Shown here: piece after piece, positions 38,481 through 50,600 of the stretch
Numbering within the stretch: the stretch's first letter is position 1
Layout of the letters: each line of letters opens with the position of its first letter
Source: Nemertoderma westbladi
Lineage: Eukaryota > Animalia > Xenacoelomorpha
DNA: 64,000 bases
Reading direction: 5' to 3'
Assembly: GCA_032718475.1 (NCBI GenBank)
Contig: JAUCBJ010005043.1
Coordinates: forward strand, 74,329 to 138,328
The notes under the pieces: model-generated
Database searches by the model: none
The model's input: only the letters and a program-made list of their open reading frames with translations
What the model was told of the DNA's origin: nothing
Translations under genes and position numbers: made by a program

Positions 38481-39366
38481 AGCCTCGGCAAGAGCTTTCC
38501 CTAAATTTGTAAATACATAGATAATAATAATATTATAATTGTATATATATCTATTGCTGTTGTAAAGTCGAAAAACATTTATATTTTGAAGCATGTCTCA
38601 CACATATTTTTAGGTATTTCATTGTGATGTCACTTCACTGATATTCCTTCCTGATTTACATTTACTCGGATAACGTTATTATAAGAAAGTATTGGTGCCA
38701 GGTCCACAATGTAAGATATACTAAAACAGCTAAATAGGGTTCCACATGTTTATAGAAATCAATATAATTTGTAAACAAATTATTTCTAATAAAAATTACA
38801 TAATAAAATATCTAGCCGCATCATAAATAACAAAAGCAAATAAATAAAATAGCTATTAAAATTACCGAACTAATCAAGTTAAGTTGACAATTAAAACAAA
38901 TTAACTAAATAAATACAATATTATGACTTTCATTCAATCATCTAACTTTTTGTCGGTGCGAACAAAATTATCAACTTCCACAAATTGTAATAATTAGTGC
39001 CTAGCCTAGCCTAGCCGAATACCCAGTTACGATAAACTGCACAACGCCACGTAGTTTTCAGGGACAGGGTACGATACGAAATCAAATTTTCGTATTAAAA
39101 ATATTTCCTAGTTTTTTTTTAATTAATTTAGTTATATTTATTTTTCATTGAAAATGATAAAAAATTGAATAAGAATGCGCGTTACCGATACCAAATAGTT
39201 AGCTGTTACCAAACTGTTATTGTTACAGTGAGCTGTGATGTATTTTATCAAGGCCCGGGTATCGGTAGTATTCAACATACCGGTATCTGAGCCCTGAACT
39301 TAATACTAAATGATCACAAATTGCCAGTTGTTGGTGCAGGTTCCTTTGGGGAGAGTTAAGTGATAT

Positions 39367-39883
39367 GGGGGGGGGGGGGGGGGGGGCGTTCATAAAGTAT
39401 GTCACGCAAGCTCAACCCCCCCGCACCCCCTCTGACACTGATTAGAAAATTTGTAATACCCCAAAACAATAACACCCCCCCCCGCCCCGACAAAAAATAA
39501 TTTATTGTAATAATACACAATGTTTGTTATGCCAAAATACAATATAAATTCAATCACTATATCTACATTTTCCCTCGGGCAAGTCAAGTGTTCTTATTCT
39601 ATATTAATAACAGGTATTATAGTGTTGGAGTCAATGGCTGCTATGTCCTACTCAATTTATCGATTAAACTCAATGTTATTGAGTTTATTGTTTTCCTTAA
39701 AGTTACCCACTCTTCTACACATGTGTGAAAATCAAAGCCAAGCTAACATTAAAGCATAGAACATCGCCGTGACCGTCACAAAAGTCAACACCCCCCTCCC
39801 CCCTCTGTCACAAAATGTCACGCAATCTCTAACCCCCCCCCCCCCTCCCCCCCTAGTGCGTGACGTACTATATGAACGCCCCC
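39367..39883. mobile_element. PIF/Harbinger-like MITE
   Basis: 27-bp TIRs GGGGGCGTTCATA(A/T)AGTA(T/C)GTCACGCA; TAT flanks on both sides. Confidence 0.65.
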
Positions 39884-39970
39884 TATATTGCTTTTAATAT
39901 CTAATTTTTGCATGCTGTATAACTGGGGTATAATCACATAAAGTAAACACGAAGTGGGGACTTCGCGCAG

Positions 39971-40445
39971 CACGAAGTTGGCAGAGCCTTAGCGAATTGA
40001 CACTGTTAGGGGGTAGGTCAATTTATGCAAATAGTCACGTTGGCCCTCTAGCGGCAGACTGGAGAACTGCAGATGGATTCGCCTCCTTTGAAAGTCACAG
40101 CTAATGGTCTAATACATATCTGCCAAGTTTCAGCTTAAACGGATTAAAAGCAAAGAAATGGGAGGGCATTTAATGTTTAGACAAGTGGCCCTCTAGCGGG
40201 AGACCATTCCACTGATGGTGTCTGAAAGTCTCTCAAAAATCTCAACTTTTGCTCATATTGATACCTACAAATTTTCAACTTGGCAGCTTTAAATCCGACA
40301 AAGTTATTAGCATGTCAAAATCGTAACGACGACGACGACGACAACGACGACGACAACGACGACGACAACGACGACGACGACAACTATTTGCATAAATTGA
40401 CCCACCCCCTAACAGTGTCAATTCGCTAAGGCTCCGCCAACTTCG
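39971..40445. mobile_element. MITE with ~65-bp terminal inverted repeats and an internal (ACG/ACA)n microsatellite
   Basis: CACGAAGTTGGCAGAGCCTTAGCGAATTGACACTGTTAGGGGG...TATGCAAATAGT mirrored at 40383-40445. Confidence 0.7.
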
Positions 40446-40958
40446 TGGCTCGCCCCACAAATATTCCTGACTTAGTAGAGAAGAAGCAAAGAGTAAATAC
40501 TGATAAAAATAATACGATACGAAAAAAAAGGAAAACTTTATTGTATTTCGTATCGCATCTTGGATGATATTCCGCATCGTTTCGGATTATCTCAAAAACC
40601 TCTATTGAATCATTGGTTCGTATCGTATCGCATCGTGTCCCACTAAGTTAATAAAAGTTTGCCACAATAATATTATATCATTTAGTACAAAATTGTTAGG
40701 AGAATGAAACTGGGGCTCACCTCCTTACAAATTACCGCCATAATGATATCGGTGTAGCTAATAAGAAATTAATAATAACAAACGTTACAGTAAATTATAA
40801 AAAGCACCATTAAAGAGTGGAGGTTATCGGATGCACCCTTTTTTGTAAATGTAATGTATCATCACTAGATGACGTAACTCAAGGTACAACAGTGACGTCA
40901 TTAATGGACGAAACCTATCTAGCTAGTGTGACGTCACTGCGGACCGAGCAGCAGACCT

Positions 40959-41620
40959 CTACAGAGCCCCGTCGTCTCCATCCTGCAGCCCCGAACTCGA
41001 GGCCTCGGACCGGAGTATACTGAGGTAGCCGGGGGGCCGCGCCGCCCACATACCGGCGGGGGGTCCCGAGTTCAGCAGTTCGCCGCTGCTGGGGGCGTCC
41101 GAGCCCACAACGGACACCGGGTCCCCCCGCAGGAGGTCCCGCTCGTGTAGACCCCGCAGGTAGGACAGACTGAAGGCCGCGTTGGCCGCGGTGTAGTCGG
41201 GCGCGGCTCCGCTCCCATTGGACGTCGCCATTGGCGACGATACGGAGTTGATCAGGGACAACGCCGGTAGGAAACCCGATGAGTCTAGATGGCAGGAGGT
41301 GGAGGTGGGTTGGTCGGGGTGGGAAACGGGTTGGATGAGGGGCAGTAGACCCGACGAGTTAGTCTGCTCCAACGACCCCCCGGTCCGCTTACTAAGCCCC
41401 CTACCGGTCAGCTGGAGTTTCTGGTTCAGTACGCTGGACGCTAGGTGGGGAAGCGAAGGCAGTTGGTAGCTCAGCAACGACGGGAAACCCTCGTTGCTAA
41501 GCTGCATGAGGGACGCGAGACCGTTGGGGACACCGGCTGCACCAGGAGCGCCAACCTCGTCGCGCAACCGCTGTCGGATTCTCTCGAGATATTGCTGCGA
41601 CGGTAAAGGCGGTTCCCAAT
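40959..41620 (-). CDS. ATG9: ATG9 coding exon 8 (low-complexity C-terminal tail)
   Basis: tttacag| gives NP-N-WEPP continuation; GC-rich open frame to TAG; contains YLRGLH motif. Confidence 0.8.
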
Positions 41621-44600
41621 CTGTAAACGATACAAAAAAAGGAAAAATATTTGGACAGAAACAGATGCCAACAATAGAATTTGCAGAACTACTATTCTGC
41701 CGTGATATATATAATAGTCTCAAATATAATACGTAGTATTGTACCGGTACAATTAATAAAAACAGTAAACTTAATAGGATTAAATTTATATAACTCTTAT
41801 ACGATTAATAACTTAAAACGATAAATTACTTAGACCAGGACCAGGGCTCCACAAAATGCGGATACCCGGAAACTAGGTTTCCGGAAGATTCTGAAAAATT
41901 CCGAAGATTTTGACTCACTAAAAACCTGAGATGCAATGGAAATAGAATTTGTGCACCTAAACAATAATTTAAACCCCCAAAAGTAGATCGAATTTACAAA
42001 ATTATACCATATAGAAACCGACCAAAAAGGGATAAAACATGTTCTGAGAAAAGTAAAAAACTAATGTTAGAAAAAATTTTGTTGAAAAAATTTTTTGAAC
42101 AAATTTACTATCAAAATTTCTGAATTTCATGTCAATATCTTATGGCCCAGTCAATTAAAAATGCTTCGGAATATCATTTATTTCCAATCAATTACTATCA
42201 ATCATATTGTTTAATCTTATAATTTGAACAATATAATAATGTCAGAATGTTGAAAAATTTATTTATAGATAACTAACAAATTCGAATCCCTTAGAAGCTA
42301 TGGCAAGGAAATCCGACTTAGAGGAGTTGACAAATCATATTTGGATTATTATTTGGACAGTATTATTTGGATTATTTTTTTAAGTTACAAAGCTTATATG
42401 TATAATTAGAAAAATATTCAAATGAAGCAATGTTATGATGGACTGAAAACTGGACTGGTACTGGAATTATACTTCTCAACAGCTCAGTACACGGAATGGT
42501 TCAGGTCCCGGCCACGAAGTGAAAAAAAAATATTAAAAATTATAGCTCATTCGAACAAGCTCGACAATCTCTACAACATATATAAAATTCAGATGCAAAG
42601 GTTTTTTTTATTGGCCATATTTATACGTAAAATATCATGCTTATGTACAGTGGCGGCGCAACATCACAATGCGCCCCCCTGCAAAATTTTGCATGCGTCC
42701 CCTTACAGTGGATTAAAAAGTTAAATTTTCATGCAAGCCTTCCTACAAAATTTGGCTTGTGCGTACACCCCCTCACGTCTCACCCTCTGAGTAATCTGAG
42801 TAATCTGAATTTCTAACAATTTGTAACACAATCTGAATTTCGTTGAAAAATATCTGAGGTATGGGAGTTCGAAAGAGTAATTTATCTCACACAAGTAGCT
42901 GGGCAACAATGGACTATATTATGTATATTAGTACTTTAGTTTGCTATTCATACATAAATGAAATGCTCAGGAGTACATTTCTAAATAGATCTAATATTTC
43001 TTCTCATTGGTGAATTATCAATTTTAGGAAAGGAGCAGGTAACTGTGGAACGTTGCACTGACTAAAACAATTAGTCAATAGAACAGGTCACTGTTTTATT
43101 TTTGGGAGTAATAAGCTGTCATTTGGGTCGACAACAACATCTACAACATCTAAACATCGGCTACAACATCTAAAAAACATAATTTTCAAAGTTACTACAT
43201 AGCTCTGGCTATTCCACAGCAAAATTAAGATTATGTTACATATTTGAATTGCATGGACAGTTTTCCGTCGGTACCAATAAACCAACACTATAAGGTTGAA
43301 GATTTGGGGTAACTGGTAAATAACGCCGCAGACCCTGTACTTGTGCCCTTTCGATGCTACAAAATATATCATATCAATATCATATGTACTGTTGTAATAA
43401 AAATTAATTGTCGAATTGATTAATCTTCTAATTTATTATTAGATTTTTTCTATATTTTTCACTGAGTATTTAAACTACGTCGTTGTAAAAATCTCAGATA
43501 GGGGGGGGGGGGGGGGGGGGGATGGACGCAATAAAAATTAATCCATCTCCAGGGGAAATTGGACGCAAATAACAGCGGATTACTCTAAAAAATAAAACTG
43601 TAACCTGTTCTATTTTTCTTAGTTCAAATCTGTTGCGCCCCCACTGGCCCTGCGCCCCCCTGGAGTGCAGGGGTCGCAGGGGTGGATGTGACGCCCCTGC
43701 TTTATTTTCTAGAGTTTGCCCGAAACAAGAAGTGTATACTAACTTTGACTCAACGTGTAAGGTGATCTACACTTACAATGCGGAAAAGCAATATGATTTC
43801 TGAAAGAAGAAAGGTGGCCTGGTCTTTCAACTATATGAACGACATAAGTTAGGCATCTGATGGGTTTGGGTGCACGTTTAAAACTGCATGTCGAAAAAAT
43901 CGATAATATTAGTATAATACTAGACTGTAAAGATACAGTTGTTGCTGTAATCTTCAAACAAGTTTATGCGGATACATTTTACTCTTGAAGTAAAGCCTAT
44001 GTATTAGCCTTTCAGGTACATCACTGCTTATCTATATTACTTTTGTCTGGTAAATAATACAAGCCTTCAAATTGTTACATATATTATTTTGAGATAAAAA
44101 TGTAGAGTTTGGATTGTAACTTTCAAGTTCTGCCAAAAAATTGCCAACGCCGTCTTTATATTGTAATGATGCAAGTCACATAATCATTTACTTTGTCTTC
44201 CAGAAAAATAAGTCTTTACCAATTTGTGGTTATTCAAATTAGTTCTATGAGATAAAATGTGAGTGTTTGACATAAGCAATGTAGAGTTTGGATTTGGTAG
44301 AGTTTGGAAAAAGGCAAATTATAGATCCAAACTCAATCTTCATGTCCAAACTCAACATGGTGCAGTTAAGCAGTTCGAAACTCTACTATCTTAATTGCCA
44401 AACTCTACAAATTATCACTGTTGTAAGCAGTGTGATATTGAGAGGGAAGTTTAAATTTGAAACTGAATTCTAAAACATTAATCATTATTTTTAATAATTG
44501 ATTCTGACTGCTGAAACATTCTATAGTTTGTATGTAGCAGGGGTCAGTAATTTATAATCTATTTAAACAAAATTATAAATTATTAATAGTTACTGTTGAA

Positions 44601-47600
44601 TAGAGCAGGTTTGTCTATCGACCAGTTCAGACTGAAGTAGTTTATGTTTTAAAGAGTTGCAGTTTGGCTTACTGCCAGATATTAAGATACCGGTAGATTA
44701 CTTACAGGCTGGTTGTTGTACCTAACTATAATAAGTGATGGATGGCGCGCACATAGAGGAAAGAAAAAGACAAATTAGCGGCACGCAATAAAGATCTTAA
44801 CATTATCAAGAAATCCAAACCAAAACGAAGTGTTTCTACGAAGGAAAACGAAAAGAAAACTAAAAGTAAACTTAACTTTAGTGGTCCGCCGAATTCCCCG
44901 ACGCCGCAAGTCTGCGAGAAGAAAATTAGAAGAGTTAGAAGAGGATTGAGAATTATGAGAAGGAAAGGTTTTGCCATAAGAGGCAAACCCGTGAAAAGCA
45001 GTTCAAATCCAAAACTGTACTTCCAACTCTTACTACACCGAGAGAACCACGAAGTCGACAAACTTATAAACTACTTGGAACCGATCAGCGAAAACAATAT
45101 ACAGAAGGGATAATCCTCGTGTTTACAATCGTGAAAAGGAGGCTCATCGCAAAAGGCAGCAGACAATACGAAATATGAGCAGAAGATTACAGCTTGCGCG
45201 GATCCTAACTTCGCCCTTCAACAGAGACAGAAAAGAAATAGCGAACAAAAACGGTGCGTGAAAAGAAAATTAGTTTAATTTAATTTAAAACATTAGGGGA
45301 AATAAGCTGAGCAGGTTATAGCGGCGGTGTTTTCTAACCAAAACAATAATCAAACCCGGGAAGATCACCCATCCATGATGGCATTCCCCGGCTTAATGAG
45401 TCTTGAGGATTCTCGGAATTTATCAACTTTGATGTGATTAATTATAACAATAAATGATGATATTATCCAATCAGAACACAAGGAATTCACGAGTTTGGAA
45501 TTATTTACTGGCTTCTCGACCGGAAGAAAGACCAAACTCGACACAAAATTGTAGAGTTTGGAAAAGGAATCCAAACACTATACACCAGGAAAAGTAGAGT
45601 TTGGAAAAGGAATCCAAACACTACACCAGGAAAAGTAGAGTTTGGAAAAGGAATCCAAACACTACACCAGGAAAAGTAGAGTTTGGAAAAGGAATCCAAA
45701 CACTACACCAGGAAAAGTAGAGTTTGACTGCAATTTTCCGTTTTCTCCCCATAATTTCTTAGCTTTTGAATATCTTTATGTTTTATTGTCAGATTCTCAA
45801 TCAGTGGAAAAAATGCAATCGAATGATATATACTTTTACCACTTAAAAAAAAAAATTTTGACAACTACGTTTCGTTATTTTTTTTCACTTTCTGTGGCCG
45901 AGACCTTCAACTATTAGTTGACTTTACCATTCGGTAGAACATAAGCAGCGGCCGACTGCAGTGGTTTACACTAATTAATTTAGGACGATCTTGAATACGG
46001 GGGAAAATATTCAAATTCAAATATTCAAATTGATATAAATAAATAAAATAAGAATTAAAATCAGCTGACAAAGTGCTGCAGCCCTATAAACTCAACCATC
46101 CCCCAATATGCTCGCTTTCACTCTAGGAGATAGTGACACCGGAATCAATTAATTTTAATTAAAAATTCCGAAGTTTTTCGATTAAAAATTGTGGTTTCCG
46201 GAAGGTTTCGAATTTTGTGGAAGCCTGACCAGGACTATAATTAAACTAACTTACTTGGGTTGGTTACAGTAAAGTGCATCAAACTCATCTCCGTTTTACC
46301 GTTTTCGGCCTGACACTCAGCCGGGCTCTCTGGTTCTGACATCCAACTCGTGTTACCATGACGACGTACGTCTAACTGAGCGAAGGAACATACGTCACCG
46401 ACGCCGTTTACCTGTGGATGAAACAATAAGACGGTATAATAAAACATGGATAGTCTGAGAGACACGGAAAGCCGTCAACCCAATCCATCTGTTATAAAAC
46501 GGGAGGATTAAATAAAATGGTTGGATAGTTACAGCGTGTTCAACCCTGGAGATAGAATGGAGTCATTCCTGCTAATATGATCTACCAAAGTTGGGAGCCT
46601 TCGGGTTGCCTCTGGTGTCTCACATTCCATTCACATTAGTCCAAACAATAATTAATACTATATCTATATAGAAATAAAGAAACAGAAAGAACCCAAAAAT
46701 CACTTGTTACTAGACAGGAGCCAACCCAGCACAACTTACCTCAACCGTAAAATTACGGAAAAAGTCCACAATATCTTGGCATTTTGGCCTAAGACGATAG
46801 TAAATGATGAATGGAGTGAAGATAGGACTGAGAAGTTCCTCCAAGTAAAAGGTAGCTTTGTATTGGAACAGCTGACTGAACTCCGACCGGACCTTGTCGG
46901 TGTGGGCACGTCCGGTCCAGGAATCGTCCGCGTAATGGATGTGAGACTTTATCGCTTGTAGAATACCTTCCGGACACCACACCTGAGGATGGACAATAAA
47001 ACAGACAAGAAAAACGAGCGTTCTAGATAGAGATTTAGGGAAATAATAGAGGGAAAATTCATATCTACAAGCTTGCCAGCGAGAGCTGGCAATATCGACG
47101 GATCCATTGTTGTCGACAGAATTTTGATTGAGTGAATTCTACGATTAGGATCGGTCATTCTAGAATTAATTTCACTGTTGCTAGGCAACCAACAGGTCAC
47201 TCGCAACCAAAACCCTGCATACACAACTAGGTCCGAAAATGAACCTATCCCCAAAGTTTCATTCAATTCCATCAACATTAAATGCAAGAAGTTGTGTGTA
47301 CAAACAAACACACAAACAAATAAACACGTGTGAGAAATAAGGACATCCACTTCTTGGATCCGTCCAATACTAGATACAAAACAACTGAACTGGACGATTT
47401 AAGCCATGTCGTAAATCGTCTCTATCTGTTTTACCAAAACCCCTAGTGTTGACAACCTCACACAGTCGCCGCTATTACAACCTCAGTTTATATCGCGTCG
47501 CTAGGCAACCAATCTAAGTTTATATCACATCGCTAGGCAACCAACCTGATTCTCATCAGGTATAAATACCCGACACGCGGTGACGATGAGACCCAATGAC

Positions 47601-50600
47601 GTCATCGCTGTAAGGACGTGTTCCACCGTTAGTACATCCTCGTCAATAACAGTTAGACAGAGTAGAACAGCCAACATTGCACCTAACGGTAGAAAAGTAG
47701 ACAGAGTAGAACAGCCAACTTTGCACCTATAGGTAGAAAAGTAGACAGAGTAGAACAGCTAACATTGCACCTAGCGGTAGAAAAGTAGACAGAGTAGAAC
47801 AGCTAACATTGTACCTATCGGTAGAAAAGTAGAAATAGTAGAACAGCTAACATTGCACCTAGCGGTAGAAAAGTAGACAGAGTAGAACAGCCAACTTTGC
47901 ACCTATAGGTAGAAAAGTAGACAGAGTAGAACAGCTAACATTGCACCTAGCGGTAGAAAAGTAGACAGAGTAGAACATCTAACATTGCACCTATAGGTAG
48001 AAAAGTAGACAGAGTAGAACAGCTAACATTGCACCTATAGGTAGAAAAGTAGACAGAGTAGAACAGCTAACATTGCACCTATCGGTAGAAAAGTAGACAT
48101 AGTAGAACAGCTAACATTGCACCTATAGGTAGAAAAGTAGACAGAGTAGAACAGCCAACTTTGCACCTATAGGTAGAAAAGTAGACAGAGTAGAACAGCT
48201 AACATTGCACCTAGCGGTAGAAAAGTAGACAGAGTAGAACATCTAACATTGCACCTATAGGTAGAAAAGTAGACAGAGTAGAACAGCTAACATTGTACCT
48301 ATAGGTAGAAAAGTAGACAGAGTAGAACAGCCAACATTGCACCTATCGGTAGAAAAGTAGACCGAGTAGAACAGCTAACATTGCACCTAGCGGTGAAAAG
48401 TAGACAGAGTAGAACAGCTAACATTGCACCTATAGGTAGAAAAGTAGACAGAGTAGAACAGCTAACATTGCACCTATCGGTAGAAAAGTAGACAGAGTAG
48501 AACAGCTAACATTGCACCTAGCGGTAGAAAAGTAGACAGAGTAGAACAGCTAACATTGCACCTAGCGGTAGAAAAGTAGACAGAGTAGAACAGCTAACAT
48601 TGCACCTATAGGTAGAAAAGTAGACAGAGTAGAACAGCCAACATTGCACCTATCGGTAGAAAAGTAGACAGAGTAGAACAGCTAACATTGCACCTAGCGG
48701 TAGAAAAGTAGAAAAAGTAGAACAGCTAACATTGCACCTAGCCGTAGAACAGTAGACGAGTAGAACAGCTAACATTGCACCTATAGGTAGAAAAGTAGAC
48801 AGAGTAGAACAGCTAACATTGCACCTATAGGTAGAAAAGTAGACAGAGTAGAACAGCTAACATTGCACCTATAGGTAGAAAAGTATACAGAGTAGAACAG
48901 CTAACATTGCACCTATCGGTAGAAAAGTAGACATAGTAGAACAGCTAACATTGCACCTATCGGTAGAAAAGTAGAAAAAGTAGAACAGCTAACATTACAC
49001 CTAGCGGTAGAAAAGTAGACAGAGTAGAACAGCTAACATTGCACCTATAGGTAGAAAAGTAGACAGAGTAGAACAGCTAACATTGCACATATCGGTAGAA
49101 AAGTAGACAGAGTAGAACAGCCAACATTGCACCTAGCGGTAGAAAAGTAGACAGAGTAGAACAGCTAACATTGCACCTATAGGTAGAAAAGTAGACATAG
49201 TAGAACAGCTAACATTACACCTATCGGTAGAAAAGTAGACCGAGTAGAACAGCTAACATTGCACCTATCGGTAGAAAAGTAGACAGAGTAGAACAGCTAA
49301 CATTGCACCTAGCTGTGGAAAAATAGAAAAAGTAGAACAGCTAACATTGCACATATCGGTAGAAAAGTAGACCGAGTAGAACAGCTAACATTGCACCTAC
49401 CGGTAGAAAAGTAGAGCGAGTAGAACAGCTAACATTGCACCTAGCGGTAGAAAAGTAGACAGAGTAGAACAGCTAACATTGCACCTAGCGGTAGAAAAGT
49501 AGACCGAGTAGAACAGCTAACATTGCACCTAGCGGTAGAAAAGTAGACAGAGTAGAACAGCTAACATTGCACCAAGCGGTAGAAAAGTAGACAGAGTAGA
49601 ACAGCTAACATTGCACCTATCGGTAGAAAAGTAGGCAGAGTAGAACAGCTAACATTACACCTAGCGGTAGAAAAGTAGACAGAGTAGAAGAGCCAACAAG
49701 CACCTATCGGTAGGTAGCTAGACAATGTAGAACAGCCAATATTGGACCTAGTGGGGTAGAAAAGTTGATGTAGTTAGAAAAAGTAGAACAGCCAACATTT
49801 GACATTTACAACAATTAAAACATTAATAAAACTTTTTGTATAGTTAACTTAACAATAATATTATATTTTTAATATGAATATGAATTCATATAATGTAATT
49901 ATACAATATACATATATATTAGGGAGGGATGTTGCGAATGTCATATTTATAACACCCGCGGATGCAGATGCGGATGCAGATGTCTGAGGTAACATCCGCG
50001 GATGCGGATATCTATTAAAACATATATTTTTGCCTGGCCTCCCTTTTACATCAAAGTTATACCAGCATTTTAATATTATATTCTAATCTTATATTAATAA
50101 ACTAACAAGAGTCTAAGGTTATAGAACAGAATGGGACATAATATAACTAAACAATAATACAACAAACATTTTTTATATTGTTCCCGCCATCGAGTGTTAG
50201 TGTATACTGTATGAAAAGTAATTATTATTGAAAATGTAATTAAGTGGTTGCTGGGCCTTCTGACAGGATGCTTGAATAGTGCATGTAACATCCGCATGTC
50301 ACATCCGCATGCCATGGGTGCGGATGCGGATGCGAAAAATCATGCGGACATTCGCCACATCCCTAATATATATAATATAATGTAGTAATATATTTTATTC
50401 CCAAATTGTAACATTACTCAACGCCGTTAGTATTAACAGCGAGTTGTTATTTATCACTTTACAACCTTAGAGGACATTACAGCATTGTATTGACCTGTAC
50501 ATTATTGGGGATTACTACTTATGTAATGTCCCCACAGCGTGACAGTAAAGTCACGCCGTCATGGTTACCACATAAACAATAGGTGGTACTTATTATTAAT

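Noticed and set aside
36944-38594. (LVEHSGRALV)n ORFs
   Set aside because: 30-bp repeat read-through with frame-breaking 29-bp units and stops; no splice context
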